Assembly (NCBI GenBank): GCA_963765895.1
Contig: CAVXZB010000088.1
Span: 32,001 to 96,000, forward strand
From: an uncultured Nitrososphaeraceae archaeon
Lineage (GTDB): Archaea; Thermoproteota; Nitrososphaeria; Nitrososphaerales; Nitrososphaeraceae
Reading direction: 5' to 3'
Length of the DNA stretch: 64,000 bases
Below the pieces are notes generated by a model. That model had not been told where the DNA came from. It saw only the letters and a program-made list of their open reading frames with translations, and did no database searches. A program made the position numbers and the translations under genes. This document shows, piece after piece, positions 55,744-64,000 of this stretch. Numbering within the stretch: position 1 is the first letter of the stretch; every line of letters begins with the position of its first letter.

Positions 55744-56519
55744 AAAAATATCTGTAAATTACTAGGTCAGAGATAACTATGATACCATAGAGGCATATAT
55801 TACATTAGTTTAATATATTAGCAAGAATTAATATACTCTCTAAGATACGTCTTAACAGTAACAAATGAGACAGGAATCATCGAGTAATGTGAATAGAGTC
55901 AAAATTAATCGAATGACTAATTAATACTTCTATGACAGGCCAACTTAACGTAGATGATAGATTATAATAAAAAAGCTCGGCTGATCGATGATTTTACTAC
56001 TAATAACTAAGCTTGACTATCCTATCTTGCAATAGTTGTCTAATGACTATTCCTATCGGTACAAAATGCCACACACTAGAACGAATATAACACATGTACA
56101 TCTGGCTTCACAAATGTATTTACCTTCTCTCATTAATTAGAAGCCGTCAACGAATCTCCAAAGAAATGAGTTAAAGCTACCAAATTCATTTTGTACTTTT
56201 ATGAAGGTGTTGGCATTTTTTACAACCCACCGAACCTTTAATTCTTATTACAGAAGAATAGGTGAAAAGTTTCTTCATTATATTGCACGATTTTTTGAAC
56301 GTCAAAATTGTAAACTCTTCCTGTAAGCTTTTCTTTTCTTTAGAATAGTTGACCGACTTAGGCCTACTTGAGCTGACTGGAGTAACAAGAATTCAGACAG
56401 ATTATTGTCATCATGAACCAGAATGGCCCATTCATTATCGTGATACTCAACGTCAATTAGGCTATTTGTCTTGGGCCCACTTTACATCGAACTTTCATTG
56501 TATATGAAGTACTAGATAA

Positions 56520-57463
56520 GACTCTGTAGAAACCATGTTTTGAATAGCGTTAGAGCTATGTAGGAGAATAATCCAGTATGGATATTGAAAGAATCAAGGT
56601 ATGTTAGGTTAGCAAATAGTATGTATCGTGTTTTGAGAAACTCAAGGATACCTTTGTTTCTTCACAGAAAGAGCAACCATGTCTTCACAATGTGGCAGCA
56701 TCTGATATTACCAGCAATAAGAGGGTAAGAGTTATAGGATGTTTACAGAATGGCTTGTTGAAGCCTATTACCTTAGATTATTTTTAGGATTATCACGTAT
56801 TCCTCATTTCACAACATTGCAAAAGTGTACAGACAGAATCAATAATTCATTGCTCGAAAGGATAATTTCATCATTCATTGTGATTAGCGGTACCGAGCGT
56901 ATCTTTGTAGGAATAGATTCGACTGGATTTAAGATTACTTATGCATTACAGTACCATACTGATCAAACTGGATTAAGAAGAGAAAAAAAATATGCGAAAT
57001 TATCTATTGGAGCTGACGTACTACAACAGATTATCTGTAACATAAGGATAAGACGAGCTCCTACAAGACATGATAATATAGATTTCAGGCCAATCATAAC
57101 AAGGACATCAAATATCCTTCCATTATCTGTAATTACAGCTGATAAGGGTTACGATAGTGAAGATAATCACCTTTTAGTAAGAGTTTACTATATTCAGCAT
57201 AATCCCAGCTCGATACAAATATGTACCAATATGGAGAACACATGCTATGTATAGAAAGCAGATGAAACGTGGTTATTCCAAGGTGCTGTATAATCAATGA
57301 AACAAGGACGAAACTATAATGTCAATCATAAAACGACTATTTGTAGAGCATATTATCTCTAGATTAACTAGAACACAAAACAGGGCATTATCATTCAGAT
57401 GCATAACTTATAATATGCATAGACTGACTAATCTTGTAATATTGATGATGTTTCTACAAAGCC
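56520..57463 (+). mobile_element. IS5-family insertion sequence, transposase pseudogene
   Basis: TIRs GACTCTGTAGAAAC / reverse complement GGCTTTGTAGAAAC; PHFTTLQK, GIDSTG, RHD, ADKGYDSE, YNQ*NKDET..IIKR; frameshifts; no clear TSD. Confidence 0.9.
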
Positions 57464-58264
57464 GATTATTAATTATCTAGATATAAGCGATTAACCTAAT
57501 CATATCTTATTTTTATTTCAGCCATATTTTGGATCTGAATTATAGAGAACAGAACTTTTGGATCAAACCATTATAATAGGTCTTTTGTCATCTGCAGATA
57601 AATCCTGATTTTTTATAATCCGGCTAATTGGCATAGATGATGATGTTTACTCTACTCTGGAAATTGGCTAAATGTCAGATCAAGTCTTGTCAATAGCAGA
57701 TTTACACAACAATTTTCTAGAATAATCCTGTCTAGTCTAACCTTAAGCTAGGGCTTTTAGTTTTACTGCTTTAAGAATATGTTATATCTTAATTCGACTT
57801 GAATCAACTTGATTGTATCGTCTGTAGTGCAAACGCTTGCCTCTTTTGAGGTATTTATTTCTGGTATTTGATTTCCTCTATTTGATATGAATCATCAAGT
57901 TGTTTGTATACGAATATATTGCAGACCCTGCACTGGTATTGCTTAACTGGACGATCATGACAAATAGATCCATTTAACCACACCATAAGTGAGCCACATA
58001 GAGGACAGTTCATCGTCATCTAGAAAATAGTGTAACAGATAGCATGTATTAATATTTCGTTAATGTTCTTGAAAGAGTGCCGAAATATAAATTTCGACCT
58101 CACGATCCCGATCGATAATTGAATAGCACACACACTCAGATTTTATTATTACGAAAATCAATAAACCCTAATTTCGATTTCTGCCAGGAAGAACAAATAG
58201 AATTAGGATACACCGTTATTATAATGACTAAATTATTATTTTGCTGATGTCAATTGACTCTTCA

Positions 58265-58588
58265 CTAAACCGGTAGGGAGAGTTTGCCAAAGTATTCTTC
58301 TAATTTTTTCTCATTTTTGATCCTGGAAATAATTCTATTCATATCTGGCTCTGTAAACCACTGAGAGATCGATTTTGCAATTCCGTTTTTGTCACAAATT
58401 GCTATTAGGTATCCATTTGTTTCCTTTTTGACAGCAATTAAGTTCTCGTCGCCTACAGGCTCCCATATGTTATCCCTATTATCCTTCAAGGCTAACGCAG
58501 GTAAGGCATGTCCGGCGAATGTGTTCAAGATTTCTTGGGCTGCTCTGACGCGTTTTTCACCCATTTTTAGTGCAGTGAAATATTGCAT
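58265..58588 (-). CDS. Uncharacterised protein, paralog of 8010-8327
   Basis: MQYF..L..G.KR...AQ, WEPVGDE, ICDKNGIAKS. Confidence 0.8.
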   Translation of the reverse strand: MQYFTALKMGEKRVRAAQEILNTFAGHALPALALKDNRDNIWEPVGDENLIAVKKETNGYLIAICDKNGIAKSISQWFTEPDMNRIISRIKNEKKLEEYFGKLSLPV

Positions 58589-58599
58589 ATATATTCTAC

Positions 58600-59196
58600 C
58601 TAGGATGGTGATTTTAAAGTATTTAGGATATTCAGCATAATAGGAAAAATATTATTTGACTTGAAAGACTTCCTAGAGGTGTTTAAGAATTGAGAAAGTA
58701 AAGCTTTAGGATAGCTCCGCTCGTATTGCTTGGCTTGCAGCGCCAACTCTAACTTATCTATCATATGTACAAAATTCGCAGCCTGGCTTCTATTTTGCAC
58801 ATATTCCTGCCAAATCTTTTTGTATTTTAAGCGAATCGATCTCGGAATTGATTGCAAAATCAATTCCATGGCGTTCCTTTCTAATTCACGTTTTCGTTTC
58901 CTGCCTATCTCATTTGGAAGGTAGTCTCCGATTATCGATTCAGCCAAATCGTGTAGAATTGCCATCTTGAGAATCTTTTCTGTTTCTAAATCTAGCAGAT
59001 CAGATAATATCATGCTTACGAGGCACACAGAATATGAATGATCTGCTACCGATTCGGGATCACTAATTCCCACCTTGCTAACCCACCCAGCCCTCTTGAT
59101 AGACTTGAGTTTTAGACCATAGAGGAAAAGCTGATGCAGGTCGGAATATGTTAGTTTCATTACGTGGTTGCCTGAGTTTGATTGCGGAATAGGCAT
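58600..59196 (-). CDS. HD-domain 5'-deoxynucleotidase (YfbR/HDDC2-like)
   Basis: LK.IKRAGW, ESVADHS, HDLAESIIGD, DKLE..LQA. Confidence 0.88.
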   Translation of the reverse strand: MPIPQSNSGNHVMKLTYSDLHQLFLYGLKLKSIKRAGWVSKVGISDPESVADHSYSVCLVSMILSDLLDLETEKILKMAILHDLAESIIGDYLPNEIGRKRKRELERNAMELILQSIPRSIRLKYKKIWQEYVQNRSQAANFVHMIDKLELALQAKQYERSYPKALLSQFLNTSRKSFKSNNIFPIMLNILNTLKSPS

Positions 59197-59332
59197 TGGA
59201 TATTAAGTTCAGATATATCAGTGTTCAGGATGATAAAGCGACTCTATCGTGAAAATCAGAAATGTTATGCCAACACAGCATTGCAAGCATATCAATATGT
59301 GGCTGTATTAATCATTAGTACAGAGTGCTCGA

Positions 59333-59920
59333 CTATTTAATCCCTTCCCATTTAATATCCGACAGTCCGGAGCGTCGGTTTACTACTCTGGCGAAAACAA
59401 ATAAGAGGTCGGACAGTCTATTTAGATAAGTAAGAATTGAAGGATTCACACTTTCCTTTTGTGAGAGGCTGACTACGGCAGTTTCAGACCTACGTGCAAC
59501 TGTCCTGTTCAAATGAAGTGAGGAACTTGCTAGGCTTCCCCCAGGTAGCAAAAAGAAAGTAATTTGAGGTAAATCTGCCTCATACTGATCAATAGTTGAC
59601 TCTAAGAAATATGTCATAGTCGCTTCTGTAAGCGACGTCTTGTTGACTACTTCTGTACTGGCTTCCCGAATATCATAAGACGGCTCTGCTAGATCCGCTC
59701 CGAGAATAAAAAGATCATTTTGAATTTTAGTTAAAATATTTATAATATCGGAAAAAATGTTATTCGAATTGTGCCTCAGTAGAGAAATGGTGAGTCCTAT
59801 GCCTGAATTTAATTCGTCTATAAAGCCATAAGCAATTATTCTCGGGTTACTCTTTAAAACTCTTTTTCCACCGATTAAGCCGGTTTCGCCCTTGTCACCG
59901 GACTTGGTATATATTTTCAT
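59333..59920 (-). CDS. pduO: ATP:cob(I)alamin adenosyltransferase (PduO type)
   Basis: KIYTKSGDKGET, YG.IDELNS, QNDLF.LGADLA, F.LPGG, RTVARR.E, YLNRLSD.LFV.AR. Confidence 0.92.
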   Translation of the reverse strand: MKIYTKSGDKGETGLIGGKRVLKSNPRIIAYGFIDELNSGIGLTISLLRHNSNNIFSDIINILTKIQNDLFILGADLAEPSYDIREASTEVVNKTSLTEATMTYFLESTIDQYEADLPQITFFLLPGGSLASSSLHLNRTVARRSETAVVSLSQKESVNPSILTYLNRLSDLLFVFARVVNRRSGLSDIKWEGIK

Positions 59921-60016
59921 ACTTCGGCGTATCTAAATAATCAAATTTGTTTAACCCCTTTAAATTTATTGCTGCGAATTATTAATTTAATAGTCTGAAT
60001 AAGAACAAGTTATTAA

Positions 60017-60178
60017 TTAGTAAGAATGGATATCAGATTTGTGTTCTCGCAGATATTTCTTTTTCTTGAATCTCTCGTTGCATTTCTCACATTTAAACGG
60101 CTTTTCAAACTCGAGCAAAAAGCGCTCTTTCCTCTCTTCCGGACTCTCTATAATTTGATCAGATTTAAACTCAACCAT
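60017..60178 (-). CDS. Small C2H2 zinc-finger protein
   Basis: EKPFKCEKCNERFKKKKYLREHKSDIHSY; start taken at MVEF. Confidence 0.8.
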   Translation of the reverse strand: MVEFKSDQIIESPEERKERFLLEFEKPFKCEKCNERFKKKKYLREHKSDIHSY

Positions 60179-60706
60179 ATTATTATAACCGATTCTGATA
60201 TGAAAATCTTTTTTTGGTTTATCAACCTTAAGGAACATAATTATCTTAGAATTATTATTTAGAATCGTCTGATGGAATTCTAACCTCTTCTTCTTGGATT
60301 ACTAAGTTAAATCCAGATCTGTATTTATCGACGGTCATAAGATAATAGATTGCTCCATTGTTAACAAACCTCTTGCGTAATAAATTCCGTAGTGTAAATA
60401 TCCTTTATCCTAAATTATGACATTTTATCATCTAGTTCTTTCAGTATTCATTAGTCCAGAGCAGATAAAATTCGTACGATATAATTGATTGCATAATATA
60501 ATATTGCTACGATCTAGGATAGAGGATAAGATTTGAGTTCCATCGAAAGTTGGTAAAATTGTCATATGAATCATATCACACTATTACTTGTTAAGTTGAT
60601 CGCGATCTTTTACGACGCGTGGGGTCATCTTCATAATATTCAGTTGTTTTGGCTATCGTTAAGTTGATGCTACTGTTAAGAATATCTAAATTTCCAAGTA
60701 TATATA

Positions 60707-61372
60707 GTGGCTAATCCTACCTTGCATGAGATGTTAGGCAGTAGAGATGTAAAAAAAATGATATACAAGGAATTTGAAAGTGCCTACGATAACCAGATCA
60801 AATACCCTGACAAATTGAATCCAGATAAAATACATGCTAGCGAAGCTTCGCGTTGTACACGCTTGGCGTACTATGAACGAAAAAATCCTCTGCCTCCAGA
60901 TTCTAACTCTACAATATCTGTTTTGATCAAGGACAGTATTAGAAGACTTTTTAGTAATATTAACTCTGAATACAAAGTTGATGCCTTATCAATATTGGCC
61001 TCTGCCGATATGGTAGTGGATGGAGAATACGTAGTGAAATTCGAGCTGGTAAGCAAGCTACCCGCTACACCACATCCAAGGGATTTACTATATCTGAACG
61101 CATGTCTGTTTGCTTTTGATAAAACAGATGGAATTCTAATCTATACAGATATCAACGGTGATACTGTCGAATTTTCTCTTACAAGAAATAATAGAATGCT
61201 TCAAGAAATAGTCAGAAGAGCTAGGATTTTAAGTACGTTACTGAAAGAAGATAGAGTTCCGATAGTAGAGCCGTGCGAGCTTTGCCTTTCGTGCAAGTAT
61301 TATGAAAGATGCTATGCACAAGAAAGGAAGAACTCAAGTCTTGGTTTCCTTGGCTTGGGAAAAGCTGGATAA
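60707..61372 (+). CDS. Cas4-like Fe-S protein with degenerate nuclease motifs
   Basis: IHASE..RC.R.AYY and C-terminal CLSCKYYERC retained; motif III reads VVKFE and QxxxY is absent. Confidence 0.75.
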   Translation: MANPTLHEMLGSRDVKKMIYKEFESAYDNQIKYPDKLNPDKIHASEASRCTRLAYYERKNPLPPDSNSTISVLIKDSIRRLFSNINSEYKVDALSILASADMVVDGEYVVKFELVSKLPATPHPRDLLYLNACLFAFDKTDGILIYTDINGDTVEFSLTRNNRMLQEIVRRARILSTLLKEDRVPIVEPCELCLSCKYYERCYAQERKNSSLGFLGLGKAG

Positions 61373-61856
61373 TTATGCCTATCTACTAAAAAAAAATTTT
61401 CTCATGTTTCGTATCAATAGATTTATTTTAGAAATGTAACGTGGATTCAAGTGGACTATCCATGATTCTAGTTTAATTAATTTCTTGAAAACAAGATGTT
61501 TAGTCAACATGGATCAACCTAGTAATCTCTTAATAGTTTCGTCAACAAATAAAATCCTAGGATGTGTTTATCTTAGCTAGACATTTATGTACTCCACTGA
61601 CGAGATATCATCGCCTAATAGAAGTAGCAAGTTTATAGGAGACTAGTTAGGAGAAGGCGTAATAATGAAAGAGTGGTTAAAGTAGACACTTTTTCAAGGA
61701 CTTAACGAAATTATTGTCGCTTAGAGGTCAATATACTAGCGGTTGTATCGATATAAATATTTGCTAATTATTCCTCATTTAATAGTGTAAAAAATGAAAA
61801 GTTAGTTGAATCAGAATTTATAACTAATAAATGGTTATTATGCAAAGAACTTCTGT

Positions 61857-63131
61857 ATGGTCGCCATTGAAATTGGCCAAATAGTTCAGGACTTCGCTGT
61901 CATTATGATCGTATCCTCAGTCATGGCTCTATTATCGTACAAACTTAGACAGCCTATGGTAATAGGATATATTTTAGCCGGAATGATTATTGGTCCCTAT
62001 ACCCCGCCGTTTAGCCTAATTATAAATATAGATGTTTTGAACTTGTTCGCTGAAATTGGTATTATTCTTCTACTATTTGTGGTGGGAATGGAATTTCCCA
62101 TAGACAAACTCAGAAAGATTGGTAAGAAGGCTTTTGTAATTGCGCTATCTGAAGCGTTAGGGACATTCGCTATTGGACTTGTCGTTGGAACACAAGTATT
62201 GCATTATTCAATTTCGAATAGCCTCTTCCTGGCCCTAGCAATTTCGGTTACGAGCACTGTCATAGTTATGAGAATTTTAGAAGAAATGGATATGGTAAAA
62301 GAGCAAGCATCCACTCTGATATTAGGAGTAGCAGTTATTGAGGACATTATAATAATATCTATTCTGGCAATTCTGCAATCTATAACCTCTACAGAGGCAG
62401 GTCAGGTATCTATAGGAGAATTAGTAATTTCTATACTATCGGTATTGGCATTCATTGGAGGTATATTATACATTGGATCAAGAGTAGTACCAAGGCTTGT
62501 TAATTACATAGGAAGCACAAATCAACCTGACTTACTTATAGTAGCAGTTCTAGGAGTAGCATTTGGTTTATCTTTTGTAGCATTCGAGATTGGAATATCT
62601 GTTGCAACTGGAGCGTTCTTTGCAGGCGTGTTGATAGCAGAATCCAAGGTACATTCAGTTACGAAAGTTCTCGCTACACCGATTCGAGATATGTTTGCTG
62701 CTTTATTTTTCGTTTCGGTTGGTGCGCTAATGGATATTCGACTTCTGCCTATATTCATAATTCCTGCTATTGTATTGGTGTTGATATCCTTGGTAGCAAA
62801 ATTTCTCACTGTCTTTATTTCGGCAAGGGCACAAGGATTCAGTACGTTGACTGCATTGAGGACTGGCTTTGGGTTGTCATCCTCTGGAGGTGAGTTGGCG
62901 CTAGTCGTTGCCAAGGGAGGAACAGATATTGGTGTTACAAGCTCATTTATTCTTCCAATGGTTGGAGCGATGACAGTAATTACTACATTTATTACGCCGT
63001 ATATGATAAAGTTTGGATGGAGGTTTTCGGAAATAATAGCATCTAAATCGCCGACCTTACTATCTCAATATCTTGATATACAAAAAAGATTATCAAAATT
63101 TAGAATTTTTAAGAAAGATAATAGAAAATAA
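61857..63131 (+). CDS. Cation:proton antiporter (CPA2 family)
   Basis: GYILAG.IIGP, AEIG..LLLF.VG.E, TST.IV, IED, GAFFAG, F.ALFFVSVG, GE.ALV. Confidence 0.92.
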   Translation: MVAIEIGQIVQDFAVIMIVSSVMALLSYKLRQPMVIGYILAGMIIGPYTPPFSLIINIDVLNLFAEIGIILLLFVVGMEFPIDKLRKIGKKAFVIALSEALGTFAIGLVVGTQVLHYSISNSLFLALAISVTSTVIVMRILEEMDMVKEQASTLILGVAVIEDIIIISILAILQSITSTEAGQVSIGELVISILSVLAFIGGILYIGSRVVPRLVNYIGSTNQPDLLIVAVLGVAFGLSFVAFEIGISVATGAFFAGVLIAESKVHSVTKVLATPIRDMFAALFFVSVGALMDIRLLPIFIIPAIVLVLISLVAKFLTVFISARAQGFSTLTALRTGFGLSSSGGELALVVAKGGTDIGVTSSFILPMVGAMTVITTFITPYMIKFGWRFSEIIASKSPTLLSQYLDIQKRLSKFRIFKKDNRK

Positions 63132-63667
63132 AGACTTTGCTGACACGTAGACACTATTTCGGCTATATGTTAACCTCTTTGACTCTTAATGAATCAATTA
63201 GGAGTTAATACGTTTGGCTGATTCCAAGTTTAGTCTAATATAAATATTAATGCTAACCAGAGCATTCTGGATCTTATATGGCACACGCTATGGATAGAGC
63301 ATAGTTAGATTGATATGCGGCACGAGTATTTTATTATAAGACGGTCACCCAGCAATCGGTAATTTTTAATATTATGCACTTCGGTCAATCTGTATTGGTG
63401 TATTAGGTACAACTAACCCATGGCTTTAGAGAACAGTACAAGTAGCAATATAATCAGACTGGAAGAGTGCTGAATCTTCCTGTATTAAATTCAATAATAT
63501 CACCGAGGTCTATTAAACAGAATATAGAATGAAACTATTATATACTTATCAATGAGATTAATTTAGTAAATATCAGATGATATATTGCCGTATAATACGG
63601 AATCGCTTTACAGCTAATGAGAAACTTTTGATTAAATTACATTTTTTTCTTTTCTCAAAAATTAGCT

Positions 63668-63844
63668 ATGTCTGCTATTTTAATCACCGGTCGCATTTAT
63701 AGAAGCTGTTGTATGATGTCGAATAACAATATAAAACGATGTTTGATATGTGGCTGTACTGAACACAAGTTATTCGGATGCTTTACGCACTGGCGTGATC
63801 ACAGTAAGAGTGGAGGCAAATGTAAAGTGAAGACTGATGAATAA
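63668..63844 (+). CDS. Possible Cys/His-rich micro-protein
   Basis: Manual translation ...MMSNNNIKRCLICGCTEHKLFGCFTHWRDHSKSGGKCKVKTDE*; start uncertain (63668 or 63713). Confidence 0.35.
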   Translation: MSAILITGRIYRSCCMMSNNNIKRCLICGCTEHKLFGCFTHWRDHSKSGGKCKVKTDE

Positions 63845-64000
63845 GAGTATAGATCAAGAGCAATTAATTGCCGTCGTCACAGTGAAATTTTAGAAAATCG
63901 GAAGCTTGCCGCCCTATTGTGAGGAGGTGACATAATGATTCTACAATCTGATCTTTGTGTAGTTTCCCTCTAATTGGGCACAACATTGTTAAGATATTGT

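Noticed and set aside
57298-57300. TGA recoding (Sec, Trp or Arg)
   Set aside because: In-frame TGAs occur only in otherwise decayed IS relics, and intact genes such as tatA use TGA as stop.
3255-62914. Many short antisense or overlapping ORFs in the track (e.g. 3430-3693, 16869-17237, 23316-23813, 49393-49791, 62522-62914)
   Set aside because: They are shadows of well-supported genes on the opposite strand or in another frame and have no motifs.

Overview
AT-rich (~35% GC by eye) archaeal chromosome segment. Gene content points to a soil ammonia-oxidising archaeon (Nitrososphaeraceae): archaeal LeuRS/AlaRS, aMBF1, NAC, an RPC34/TFE-beta-like factor, futalosine-pathway MqnC/MqnE and roadblock-like proteins. 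Housekeeping blocks are tmk-HD-pyrH, tatA, mqnC/mqnE, alaS-leuS, mbf1-PUA-nac, cysH-sat and pduO. They alternate with accessory stretches carrying egtB/egtD, CDF and CPA2 transporters, an orphan N4/N6 DNA methyltransferase, secreted proteins and three decayed IS5-family elements. No rRNA, tRNA or CRISPR array was recognised. Several genes (alaS, mqnE, sat) carry short frameshifts that are most likely assembly errors. Best leads: (1) two parallel loci ~50 kb apart, each with a solo Cas4-like Fe-S protein (one apparently active, one catalytically degenerate), a member of the same uncharacterised 'MQY..EPVG..ICD' family and an HD nucleotide hydrolase; (2) a strand-specific three-way-junction RNA candidate with its own TATA box at ~26.1-26.2 kb; (3) apparent CTAG over-representation plus an orphan TSPPY methyltransferase; (4) a SelD-like protein with an altered active-site motif; (5) two IS copies sharing a TGA at the YREK arginine. 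All family assignments are from motif recognition by eye; no database searches were run.
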